Assembly (NCBI GenBank): GCA_029245065.1 | Contig: JAQWQB010000051.1 | Location: 1-37,065 of the forward strand | Length of the DNA stretch: 37,065 nt | DNA from: Flavobacteriales bacterium | GTDB taxonomy: Bacteria; Bacteroidota; Bacteroidia; Flavobacteriales_D; Sanyastnellaceae | Direction of reading: 5' to 3' | Made by a program: the position numbers and the translations under genes | Shown here: in pieces, positions 27,726 to 36,762 of the stretch | Layout: every line of letters begins with the position of its first letter | Numbering within the stretch: the first letter of the stretch is position 1 | The notes under the pieces: model-generated | What the model was told of the DNA's origin: nothing | The model's database searches: none | Seen by the model: only the letters and a program-made list of their open reading frames with translations

Positions 27726-28673
27726 TTATAGGTTTGATTCCATCCACATTTTTACATTCTCCTCAACGCGTTGTTGTACGTTTTCTTGAGGGGCTGGTTC
27801 GAAGTTAGCGCCAATTACCTTCTCGTACAATTCCACGTAACGCTTTGAAACCATTTCAATGAAATCTGGCGTCATTACAGGTTGAACTTGACCTTCTTTC
27901 CCCATGAAGTCGTTGTCCATAAGCCATTCACGCACAAACTCTTTCGAAAGCTGTTTTTGTTGTTTCCCTTTGGCCTGACGCTCTTCGTACCCATCAGCAT
28001 AAAAATACCTTGAGGAGTCTGGCGTGTGAATTTCATCAATCAAATACACCTTGCCATCCTGCATACCAAATTCATACTTCGTATCAACGAGGATAAGGTC
28101 GTTTTCAGCAGCTATTTCTGTACCTCGTTGGAACAATGCACGTGTATACTCTTCTAGCTTCACATAGATGTCTTCCTGTACAATTCCTTGAGCAATGATT
28201 TCTTCTCTACTAATGTCTTCATCGTGTCCTTCGTCTGCCTTGGTAGCAGGTGTAATGATAGGAGTAGGGAAGCGGTCGTGTTCTTTCAGACCATCGGGCA
28301 TCGTTACGCCGCAAATAACGCGCTCTCCTGATTTGTACACACGCCAAGCATGTCCAGTAAGGTAGCCGCGAATAACCATCTCAATGCGGAAAGGGGTGCA
28401 GGCTCTGCCAATGGTTACGTTGGGGTCTGGAGAAGCCAATTTCCAGTTGGGTACAATGTCTGAAGTCAAGTCAAGAAATTTTGACGCCAACTGATTAAGC
28501 ACTTGACCCTTGAACGGAATCCCTTTGTCCAAAACAACATCAAAAGCCGAAATACGGTCTGAAGCAACCATGATCAACAAGTCGTTTTCTACGGTGTAAA
28601 CGTCGCGTACTTTGCCGTGGTATACCTTGTTCAATCCTGGGAAATTGTAGTCTGTTCTGTATAGCGGTTTCAT
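27726..28673 (-). CDS. purC: Phosphoribosylaminoimidazole-succinocarboxamide (SAICAR) synthase
   Basis: [46 protein letters not shown] is the PurC N-terminus. I chose the start at 28673 (MKPLY) rather than the ORF maximum at 28733. Confidence 0.92.
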   Translation of the reverse strand: MKPLYRTDYNFPGLNKVYHGKVRDVYTVENDLLIMVASDRISAFDVVLDKGIPFKGQVLNQLASKFLDLTSDIVPNWKLASPDPNVTIGRACTPFRIEMVIRGYLTGHAWRVYKSGERVICGVTMPDGLKEHDRFPTPIITPATKADEGHDEDISREEIIAQGIVQEDIYVKLEEYTRALFQRGTEIAAENDLILVDTKYEFGMQDGKVYLIDEIHTPDSSRYFYADGYEERQAKGKQQKQLSKEFVREWLMDNDFMGKEGQVQPVMTPDFIEMVSKRYVELYEKVIGANFEPAPQENVQQRVEENVKMWMESNL

Positions 28674-29155
28674 TCTGTGCGTTTTGTCAATTGAAAGTGC
28701 ACATCTCCCATGCGGGTTGTTTGCGATGTACACCAGAGGTGGTCTTCCGTTGCTTTGTCAATGAGGATAAACATTTTTGCTTCTTCGCCCATTTGTATAA
28801 TAATTTCATTCGACACACTTCCTGGCTTCCAAGTGCCTTCTTTCGGATTGGAGACGGTAGCTGAGACCAACGTGTAGGTGCCATTTTCGAAAAACTCGTA
28901 AACAATGGTTGGTGCAATTTCGCGTGCATAATCCTTCGCCATGCTTCCGGCGTTCGGGTCATTGATCTGAAAATTGCTCATTTGCCACGTTCCGATAATG
29001 ATTTCAGAAGCATTTACAATGGTCGCTTTTTCGCTTTCAATTGGCGTAGAAGCCTCTCCACATCCTGCGCCGAGGCAGATGAAACAGATGGTGGCAATGG
29101 AAAGCGCCGACATCAAAAAAGGGGTCAGGCTATTTCTTCTTTTTTTCATCCTCAA
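28670..29155 (-). CDS. Hypothetical Cys-lipoprotein, lipocalin-like
   Basis: Signal [38 protein letters not shown]...YTLVS suggests a beta-barrel/lipocalin-like fold. Its TGA stop overlaps the purC ATG (ATGA). Confidence 0.55.
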   Translation of the reverse strand: MRMKKRRNSLTPFLMSALSIATICFICLGAGCGEASTPIESEKATIVNASEIIIGTWQMSNFQINDPNAGSMAKDYAREIAPTIVYEFFENGTYTLVSATVSNPKEGTWKPGSVSNEIIIQMGEEAKMFILIDKATEDHLWCTSQTTRMGDVHFQLTKRTE

Positions 29156-30113
29156 TGCGTTGTTTTTCTTCTTCGTCCTTTTCGAATGCGGTAATGACCA
29201 ATTTCACGAGTTTATGACGAATTACATCTTCACCGGTAAGGCGAATAATGGAAATGCCTTCCTTATTGTCTAGAATACGGATGGCCTTGATAAGACCAGA
29301 TTGCTGCTTTCGTGGTAAGTCAACTTGCGAGGCATCACCTGTAATGATGAATTTCGCTTGCTTTCCCATTCGTGTCAAGAACATTTTTATTTGCGAAACA
29401 GTGGCGTTCTGCGCTTCGTCAAGAATTACGAATGCCTTGTCCAATGTTCTTCCTCTCATGAATGCCAACGGCGCTACTTCGATCACTCCTTTATCGATGT
29501 AATCCGCTACTTTCTCATAAGGGAGCATATCTAACAACGCATCGTAAAGCGGTTGCAAGTAGGGATCTAATTTTTCTTTCAAGTCGCCCGGAAGGAACCC
29601 CAAGTTTTCTCCTGCTTCAACAGCCGGACGCGTAAGAATGATCTTTTTAACGTGCTTTTCTTTCAATGCGCGCACAGCCAAGGCCACAGCGGTGTAGGTT
29701 TTACCAGTTCCTGCAGGACCGATAGCGAACACCATGTCGTTTTTGAAACTGGCTTGTACCATTTTGCGTTGGTTGGGCGTACGTGCGGTCACTTTGATAC
29801 CACCCGGGCCAAAAACCAACACTTCGTCAGAGACGGCCTTCTTTTTGATTTCCTCGCCATCTTCACTCATCATGCGCTCAATGTTATTCTCCGTGAGGCG
29901 ATGGTATTTGTCGAGATGCCAAAAGATGAGTTCCATCTTTTTTTCAAAATGAGCGATGTCTTCTGGAGCACCAACTACCTTGACAACATTCCCTCTGGCA
30001 ACAATTTTGAGCCTAGGGAAATAGGAACGTATGAGTTTGAATTTGGCGTTGTTCGCTCCGAACAATTCCAATGGATCCACATAGGGGATGGAAATTTCTT
30101 TTTCCTGCACCAA
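29130..30113 (-). CDS. phoH: PhoH-family ATPase
   Basis: Walker A GPAGTGKTYTAVALAV. The PhoH N-terminal region has a KH-like fold. Length 327 aa. Confidence 0.9.
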   Translation of the reverse strand: MVQEKEISIPYVDPLELFGANNAKFKLIRSYFPRLKIVARGNVVKVVGAPEDIAHFEKKMELIFWHLDKYHRLTENNIERMMSEDGEEIKKKAVSDEVLVFGPGGIKVTARTPNQRKMVQASFKNDMVFAIGPAGTGKTYTAVALAVRALKEKHVKKIILTRPAVEAGENLGFLPGDLKEKLDPYLQPLYDALLDMLPYEKVADYIDKGVIEVAPLAFMRGRTLDKAFVILDEAQNATVSQIKMFLTRMGKQAKFIITGDASQVDLPRKQQSGLIKAIRILDNKEGISIIRLTGEDVIRHKLVKLVITAFEKDEEEKQRIEDEKKKK

Positions 30114-30214
30114 CAGCGAGTGTTTTAAAGTATGGCTGAAATTTGATTAAATCGGTGACTGCAAAGTACGTAAAACAGCATGGATTTTGCACCTTTGCAT
30201 CACCAGATAAAACC

Positions 30215-31042
30215 ATGGCGATATTAACACTTACAACTGATTATGGTACTGCTGACCACCACGTGGCCTCGGTAAAAGGCGCTGTATACAAGCAATTGCC
30301 TGATGCGAGGATTGTGGATATCTCGCATTCCGTATCACCTTTTGACATCGCTGAAGCGGCGTTTCAACTGCGTCAGTGCTATGCTCATTTTGCTAAAGGG
30401 ACGGTTCATCTCATTGGAGTGAACGCCCAATTCAGTGAAAATGCACCACATCGAATCGCTGAATACGACGGACATTTCTTCATTGCGGCTGACGCAGGGG
30501 TGTTCTCACTCATCTTCGATCGTGAGCCAGACGCGGTATTCGATATCAACCTGCCAAGCGACAGTGATATTCTCACTTTCCCGGTGTTGCACATACTTGT
30601 CAATGCAGCGTGTCATCTCATGCGCGGCGGTACGCCAGAGGTTATTTCGAAGCACGTTGATAGCATCCACGTCGCCCAACGTCTTCGTCCGTTACTAGAG
30701 GAAGATGCCATTCGTGGACATGTGATTTATGTAGACCGATTTGGCAATTTGGTAACCGATATCATGAATACCTTATTCAAGGAGGTGCGCAAGGAACGCG
30801 ATTTCACCATTCAATTGCGAACAGGGAAAACGCGTATTAGTAAAATTTCTACCCATTACAATGAGGTGGCTGAAGGCGAACGCGTGGCGTTGTTCAACAC
30901 CAATGGGAATCTGGAAATAGCCATCAACAAAGGCGCTCCCGGAAATGGAGGAGGTGCTTCCCAACTGTTCGGTCTTCGAAAAGGAGATCTCATTTTAATC
31001 ATATTCCATGGTCGTACGCATCGTCAGAATGACTTTTCGTAA
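30215..31042 (+). CDS. SAM hydroxide adenosyltransferase family protein (DUF62; SalL/fluorinase superfamily)
   Basis: MAILTLTTDYGTADHHVASVKGAVY is the DUF62 N-terminus. ...YVDRFGNLVTDI and the C-terminal beta-domain are present. I trimmed the start from 30143 to 30215. Confidence 0.8.
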   Translation: MAILTLTTDYGTADHHVASVKGAVYKQLPDARIVDISHSVSPFDIAEAAFQLRQCYAHFAKGTVHLIGVNAQFSENAPHRIAEYDGHFFIAADAGVFSLIFDREPDAVFDINLPSDSDILTFPVLHILVNAACHLMRGGTPEVISKHVDSIHVAQRLRPLLEEDAIRGHVIYVDRFGNLVTDIMNTLFKEVRKERDFTIQLRTGKTRISKISTHYNEVAEGERVALFNTNGNLEIAINKGAPGNGGGASQLFGLRKGDLILIIFHGRTHRQNDFS

Positions 31043-31304
31043 AGAAGAGATTGAGACGTTCTTAGCCACATTCGAAATTTACAAAGAGGCCATTCGTCAA
31101 CAACCCGGATGTACGCACTTGAAATTGATTCAAGATGTACACCGTCCTGAAGTATGCTGTACCTACAGCCATTGGGACACAGAGGAAGACCTGAACAATT
31201 ACCGCTATTCCGCTACGTTCAAAGAGGTGTGGCCATTGACAAAGGCGTTATTTGCAGCCAAACCAGAAGCATGGTCTAGCCATGTTGTAGATGAACAATC
31301 CTAA
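31008..31304 (+). CDS. Antibiotic-biosynthesis-monooxygenase (ABM) domain protein
   Basis: ABM ferredoxin-like pattern (VRMTFRKEEIETFLATFEIYKEAIRQQPGCTHLKLIQD...YSHWDTEEDL). It overlaps the upstream gene by 14-35 nt. Confidence 0.65.
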   Translation: MVVRIVRMTFRKEEIETFLATFEIYKEAIRQQPGCTHLKLIQDVHRPEVCCTYSHWDTEEDLNNYRYSATFKEVWPLTKALFAAKPEAWSSHVVDEQS

Positions 31305-31426
31305 TCATAATTCCCCGTTCGTAGGAGAGACGAAACAGTTATGCCGTTAGAACTGTGAAAAAATGACGCTTTTTGGCGTCTGTTGCCTTCTTGCTTTGTT
31401 CTACTTTTGTCTGAACCTGAAAGGAT

Positions 31427-32158
31427 ATGTTAGCACTATTAAAAAAAGAGATTAGAACCTTCTTGAGTTCCCTCATAGGATACATCGTGATTGCGGTGTT
31501 CTTGTTGTTGGTGAGCTTGTTCATGTGGGTTTTTCCAGGTGATTGGAATACGTTGGATGCAGAATTGGCAGACCTAGATACCCTGTTTTACATTGCTCCT
31601 TGGGTTTTCATGTTTTTGGTTCCTGCCATTACGATGCGCTCTCTTTCGGAAGAGAAAAGAACGGGCACCATTGAATTGTTGTTAACCAAACCGCTTTCAG
31701 ATCTGCAGATTGTGCTCGCAAAATACTTGGGCGGATTGACCTTAGTGCTGATCAGTTTGTTGCCAACGCTTATCTATTTCGGAACTGTTTACATGATTGG
31801 TAATCCGGTAGGGAATGTTGATAACGGGGGGACCTGGGGCAGCTACATAGGTTTGTTGCTCTTGGGAAGTGCTTTCGTCAGCATTGGGATTTTTACATCT
31901 AGTGTAACGCCAAATCAAATCGTTTCCTTCCTCGTTTCAGCCATCCTTTGCTTCTTCTTATTCATCGGATTTGAATCATTGGGATCGTTTGACTTATTCG
32001 GCCCAGCAGATGAATTGATTATCAGTTTGGGGATGTATGATCACTACAAGAGTCTGTCAAGAGGGCTCATAGACAGTAGAGACGTCATGTATTTTGTAGG
32101 GTTAACAGCATTGTTTCTTGTGGCTTCGCGCACAGTGCTTCAAAGCAGAAAGTGGTAA
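31427..32158 (+). CDS. gldF: Gliding-motility ABC transporter permease GldF
   Basis: 243 aa, six TM helices. MLALLKKEIRTFLSSLIGYIVIAVFLL is the GldF/ABC-2 N-terminus. Adjacent to gldG. Confidence 0.85.
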   Translation: MLALLKKEIRTFLSSLIGYIVIAVFLLLVSLFMWVFPGDWNTLDAELADLDTLFYIAPWVFMFLVPAITMRSLSEEKRTGTIELLLTKPLSDLQIVLAKYLGGLTLVLISLLPTLIYFGTVYMIGNPVGNVDNGGTWGSYIGLLLLGSAFVSIGIFTSSVTPNQIVSFLVSAILCFFLFIGFESLGSFDLFGPADELIISLGMYDHYKSLSRGLIDSRDVMYFVGLTALFLVASRTVLQSRKW

Positions 32159-33912
32159 TGAAAGTAAGTTCTACACATCGTAAAAACGACCTGATTCAAC
32201 TGTTCTTGAGCTTGGCTATCATTGCCGTAGTGATGGTCGTGTCCACCTTTGTATACTTCAAGCTGGATTTAACAGAGGAAAAGCGTCACTCGCTAACGAC
32301 TTCCACCAAAACCATGTTGGAAGAGCTAGATGACGTGGTATACATTCGTTGCTATTTGACCGGAAACTTTCCTGCCAAGTTCAAACGATTGGAGCAGGCG
32401 TTCCAAGAACGTTTGGATGAATTCCAAGACATTTCCGGGAACAAAGTGGAATACGAATTCATTGACATTTATGAAAGTGGCGATGAGCAAACCATAGCAC
32501 AAGCGGAAGAAGCGTTGTATGAAGAAGGTTTGCGCTTTACGCGTATTGCCTATGAAGAAAATGGGGCGAAGAAATTCCAAAACATTTGGCCGGCAGCCAT
32601 GGTGACTTTCAAAGGGAAATCGTTGCCGATTCAATTGTTTCAAAGTGAAAACCCAGACCCTTCTGCTGAACAGATTAATGCCAGTGTCAACAACTTGGAG
32701 TATGTGCTTTCTTCAAGTTTGCGCATTCTGACGCGAAAAGAAACGCCAGCCATTGCCATTCTAGAGGGACATGGTGAATTGTTACCATTGGAAACGGCCG
32801 ACTTAGAATTAACGCTAGAAGAGAACTACGACGTTGAACGCGTTGAGATCAATGGAAAGCTGAATGCGCTTTCAGACAAGGTAGAAGGAGTAGGTCGAAG
32901 ATTGAATCGGTATGACCTGCTTATTGTAGCCAAGCCAGACAGTGCATTTGATAACAAAGACAAGCTGATTATTGACCAGTTCGTTATGAATGGCGGACGC
33001 GTGCTGTGGATGGTTGACCCAATTCTCACTGATTTGGACAGCCTCCGTACCAACCAACAGACATTAGCGACAACCAATGAGATGGGCTTGTACGATATGC
33101 TCTTCGACTATGGTGTTCGTTTGAATAGAAACTTGATCATCGATTACCAATGTGCACCAATCGTTTACGATGCGGGACCAATGGGTGATCGACGTAATAT
33201 GCAGGTGTTCAACTGGTATTTTGCACCAGTGGTGATCCCATCTGATTCAGCACATCCAATTTGCACCAATATTGACCCGTTGCATTTCGATTTTGCGTCG
33301 TCATTGGACTTGGTGGGCGACAACGAGAATGTGCGTTCACGTGTGTTGCTCGAGAGTTCAAACTTGGCGCTGGAAAGGAAAGCACCAATTCGCGTTAGCA
33401 CTGGCGTTTCTAATTTGGAGAAAGACTACTTCGAAAACAATACAGACGACCCTTACAACATGGCTGTATTGCTCGAGGGGAAATTCAATTCGAACTTCAC
33501 TGGACGAATCAGCAACAAGCAATTGGTTGAAGACAAAGATTTCGCCTTCAAAGAAACCAGTTTGCCTACGAAGATGATTGTTATTGGCGATGGTGACTTT
33601 GGGAAGAACAAGTACCGAAACACCAAGGAAGGACTGGCTCCATTGCCATTAGGCTATGATTTGTATGCTGGAAGAGTGGTGTATGACAACAAAGAGTTCT
33701 TATTGAACGCGATCAACTACTTACTGGATGATGCAGATTTGATCTCTATTCGATCACGAACCATCATTCTTAGAAATTTAGATAAGGAAATCGTTAAAGA
33801 CCACAAAGGGCTGATTCAGTTCATCAATGTTACGTTGCCATTTGTGCTCATTGGCCTGATGGGTGTTTTGTTGATGTGGTTGAGAAAACGAAAATTTGGA
33901 AAAGCATCATGA
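32158..33912 (+). CDS. gldG: Gliding-motility ABC transporter auxiliary component GldG
   Basis: About 585 aa with N- and C-terminal TM anchors and a large soluble domain. The start ATG overlaps the gldF TAA (TAATG). The ORF tool's upstream GTG at 32152 is less likely. Confidence 0.85.
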   Translation: MKVSSTHRKNDLIQLFLSLAIIAVVMVVSTFVYFKLDLTEEKRHSLTTSTKTMLEELDDVVYIRCYLTGNFPAKFKRLEQAFQERLDEFQDISGNKVEYEFIDIYESGDEQTIAQAEEALYEEGLRFTRIAYEENGAKKFQNIWPAAMVTFKGKSLPIQLFQSENPDPSAEQINASVNNLEYVLSSSLRILTRKETPAIAILEGHGELLPLETADLELTLEENYDVERVEINGKLNALSDKVEGVGRRLNRYDLLIVAKPDSAFDNKDKLIIDQFVMNGGRVLWMVDPILTDLDSLRTNQQTLATTNEMGLYDMLFDYGVRLNRNLIIDYQCAPIVYDAGPMGDRRNMQVFNWYFAPVVIPSDSAHPICTNIDPLHFDFASSLDLVGDNENVRSRVLLESSNLALERKAPIRVSTGVSNLEKDYFENNTDDPYNMAVLLEGKFNSNFTGRISNKQLVEDKDFAFKETSLPTKMIVIGDGDFGKNKYRNTKEGLAPLPLGYDLYAGRVVYDNKEFLLNAINYLLDDADLISIRSRTIILRNLDKEIVKDHKGLIQFINVTLPFVLIGLMGVLLMWLRKRKFGKAS

Positions 33913-34937
33913 ATAAGAATTTAAGACTCTTTTATATCCTCATCGTGCTATCTATCGGCGCAGGGATTTTATGGTATATGAACACCACTGACCAAGGGGA
34001 GTTAAAACCTCAAGGTGACTTTGCCATTGCAGATACCGCTTCTATTGGGAAGATTGTTATTTCTGATGCGGATCAAAACGTAATTACGTTGGAACGTGCT
34101 TCTGATAGTAGGTTTTGGGACTTGAATAAAGACTACAAAGCCCGTGAAGATGCTGTCAACCTCATTTTGAAAACCGTTAAGTTGATTCAGGTGAAAACAA
34201 CGGTTCCCCAAACCCAAAAGGAAAACGTTATTCGGCAAATAGCCATCGGCAAGCGTGTTGACTTTTACGACTTGAATGGAGACCCAATTAAGACGTATTT
34301 CGTGGGAACGTCAACCCAAGACCATACAGGAACTTACATGGTTCTTGAGAAGCCAGAAGAGGGAAGGTCTTCCGAACCGTTTATCATGCAAATGCAAGGG
34401 TTTACCGGTTTCCTGACCACACGTTTCTTCACTGATTTTGAAGAATGGAGGTACACAGGTATTTTCGATTTTCCGGAACTAGATTTCAAGAAGGTAGAAG
34501 TACTTCATCATGAACATCCAGAACGTTCTTTTGAAATAGAGTACAACGGTGGAAATGATTTGAAACTGAAGAGCGTGTTGCTCGATAAGTACATCCCCAA
34601 CTTTGATACCCTGCGCGTGAAAGACTACCTCTTGTTATACAAGAAGGTCCACTTGGAAACCCATAAATCTTATTTGGGAGCGGCACAGGAAGACAGTTTG
34701 ATCAATAGCAATGCGGCCTACACTTTAGGTGTAACCAACAAAGACGGTCTTCGCAAGAAGGTTGATCTTTATTGGAAGAATCCGATTAGCGTTATTATGG
34801 ACGCGAATGGCCAACCTGAAAAATGGGATATGGCCCGTATTTTTGGAGTTGTGAAAGGAGACGATGTCACGCTTTGCCAGCGATTTGTTACTGATCCCTT
34901 AACCATTGGGATAAGCGCATTCATGAAACAAGACTGA
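33909..34937 (+). CDS. Hypothetical protein, DUF4340-like, coupled to gldG
   Basis: The ATG at 33909 overlaps the gldG TGA (ATGA). N-terminal TM/signal anchor MNKNLRLFYILIVLSIGAGILWY. The position downstream of gldG fits the DUF4340 neighbourhood I remember. Confidence 0.5.
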   Translation: MNKNLRLFYILIVLSIGAGILWYMNTTDQGELKPQGDFAIADTASIGKIVISDADQNVITLERASDSRFWDLNKDYKAREDAVNLILKTVKLIQVKTTVPQTQKENVIRQIAIGKRVDFYDLNGDPIKTYFVGTSTQDHTGTYMVLEKPEEGRSSEPFIMQMQGFTGFLTTRFFTDFEEWRYTGIFDFPELDFKKVEVLHHEHPERSFEIEYNGGNDLKLKSVLLDKYIPNFDTLRVKDYLLLYKKVHLETHKSYLGAAQEDSLINSNAAYTLGVTNKDGLRKKVDLYWKNPISVIMDANGQPEKWDMARIFGVVKGDDVTLCQRFVTDPLTIGISAFMKQD

Positions 34938-34969
34938 CTATCTACCTGGTATTGATCTAGTAAAGGATA

Positions 34970-35005
34970 ATAAAAAAGGGGAACATCAATGTTCCCCTTT
35001 TTTCT
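34970..35005. terminator. Bidirectional Rho-independent terminator between convergent genes
   Basis: A-tract, then GGGGAACA tcaa TGTTCCCC (perfect 8-bp stem), then a T-tract TTTTTTCTTT. It lies between the stops of the 33909..34937 (+) and 35021..36286 (-) genes. Confidence 0.8.
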
Positions 35006-35020
35006 TTGATCCAGAATGGA

Positions 35021-36286
35021 TTATTTACCAAGTAAAAATTCATCTAACTCTTCCTTTGTACTAGAGAAAGTTAGTAGTTGTCTAAATTCATAGAATGTTT
35101 CAGGTGAAGAGGAATAATCATACATGAATTTAATGATGTTCACTTTGTCATCGTCCATGCTAAAAATGGACACAATTTCCTTCATCTGATCGTTTGATAA
35201 GCAACCTTTTCTGATATGACCTTTGGCCATTTCAGCTTGTTCATCGGCGAACATTTTGTCTTTTATGCTTGACTTTATAAAGTTGAATTCTTCGTCAGGA
35301 GTTGAGCAAATAACGGCATCATTTGCTAATTCATCTCTCAAACTCATCACTTCTCCAACTCTGATTAGTGGCATTTGTTCTTGAGGTAGCCTTCTGCCTG
35401 CCTGCTCGAAAATAGCTATGGCATCGTCAAATGCACCAGACGACATAAGGATGTCTCCCTTCTGCATAAGAAAGTTATATTCAGCTACTTTCTTGTTTTC
35501 TTCCTCAATATTATTCGTGAGTGTAGTTTGCCAATTATTTGCTTCTTTGATTCTCATATAAGCAAGTTGCTCTCCCGGTTTCAAAAGCATAGCTTCTTCG
35601 TATAAATCAATTGCTTCATCAACTTTATTGGATGATAGTTTAACATCTCCTTGCTGAATGAGTAGATCAAATTGTGCATTTAGTTTATTTTCTTCCTCTA
35701 GAATTGATGCCAACTCGAATTGAACATCAGAGACCTCATCTATTTTCATCTTAACTAATTCGCTTTCTGGGCTTATTTCCAAGGCTTGTTGATAAATGAG
35801 CACAGCTTCATCGAATTGGTTTTTTGACATTAAGAGATCACCTTTCTTGACTAACAAATCGAAAATGGAATTGATATCTTGTTCAACACCAAGTTGATAA
35901 TCATTCTCAAATGCTGCGAATTGCGCACTTTCTTGAGTGTTATGATATAATTTAAGCGCTTTAGAAAAGGTTTTAAAGGAGTCATAGATATTAAAAAAAT
36001 TATCCTTGTCAATGATGTTTGGATATGCAGAAAGACAGAGGTCATACTTTTTCTGATCATCATTTAAGTAATAACAAGCATCTTGCAGTTGTATGGTGGT
36101 GCAATGTTCTGTGAGGAAGTATTGCATTGCATAGTTGAACCTGGTTGTCTCGTTATTGGTTGATTGCATGGACGAGACGCAATTCCTAAATTTATTTATT
36201 GCAGACCATTGATTACTCTGTGCATAGGAGTTTTGAGTAGTGGCTAACATGAATACTAGCAGCAGAAGGGTAAAATTATGTTTCAT
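35021..36286 (-). CDS. Secreted helical repeat (TPR-like) protein, hypothetical
   Basis: Signal peptide MKHNFTLLLLVFMLATTQNSYAQ (start trimmed to 36286). Three tandem repeats of about 64 aa (FDLL[VI]xxGD..[LM]S.N.[FV]DEA[VI].[IL]Y[QE][QE]A...P.E.L). The N- and C-terminal Cys-containing domains resemble each other. Confidence 0.6.
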   Translation of the reverse strand: MKHNFTLLLLVFMLATTQNSYAQSNQWSAINKFRNCVSSMQSTNNETTRFNYAMQYFLTEHCTTIQLQDACYYLNDDQKKYDLCLSAYPNIIDKDNFFNIYDSFKTFSKALKLYHNTQESAQFAAFENDYQLGVEQDINSIFDLLVKKGDLLMSKNQFDEAVLIYQQALEISPESELVKMKIDEVSDVQFELASILEEENKLNAQFDLLIQQGDVKLSSNKVDEAIDLYEEAMLLKPGEQLAYMRIKEANNWQTTLTNNIEEENKKVAEYNFLMQKGDILMSSGAFDDAIAIFEQAGRRLPQEQMPLIRVGEVMSLRDELANDAVICSTPDEEFNFIKSSIKDKMFADEQAEMAKGHIRKGCLSNDQMKEIVSIFSMDDDKVNIIKFMYDYSSSPETFYEFRQLLTFSSTKEELDEFLLGK

Positions 36287-36762
36287 AATATTTCGTTTTG
36301 AATAAGTTTCCATCCAAGAATTCAACAAACGTGCCGAAAATGTAAGTATCAATATATCAGGTGTTTAGGTTGTGTTGTATTTGGTTTTGTGAATAGCAGT
36401 TGATGTTCTTTTATGGTGTCTCGTTCGTTCTGTTTCTCTGAAAAACAAAATTAAGCAGAAGCGAATAGCAATGTTGTTCTTGCGTGAAATAGATATGACC
36501 ACTCTAATGTAAATAGATGCCACAAGGAAGAGCTGTAAATACCCCCAGTCAACATTTTCTTGACTTAATTTGATGTTTTCAAAAGATTGGACATTGTTTA
36601 ACGCCCGTTCTTCCGAATTAACCATCAAAAATGTAGCATTACTTCGTTAAAATTAGTCCCGGATAAAAAATGATGCCCTTACCTAAAGTCGGAAGGGATC
36701 GTTAATGAAAGATAATCTCTTAAAGGCTGCAGCTTCAACATCACGAGCAGAAGTCAATTGGA

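Noticed and set aside
31364-31379. Short hairpin GACGC-tttttg-GCGTC downstream of the ABM gene
   Set aside because: Only a 5-bp stem. The T-tract is on the minus-strand side, where no gene ends. I did not call it a terminator.
36365-36628. 87-aa minus-strand ORF in the 410-bp AT-rich intergenic region
   Set aside because: The translation is dominated by I/N/F/R low-complexity sequence, with no start context or motif. More likely non-coding promoter or leader DNA.
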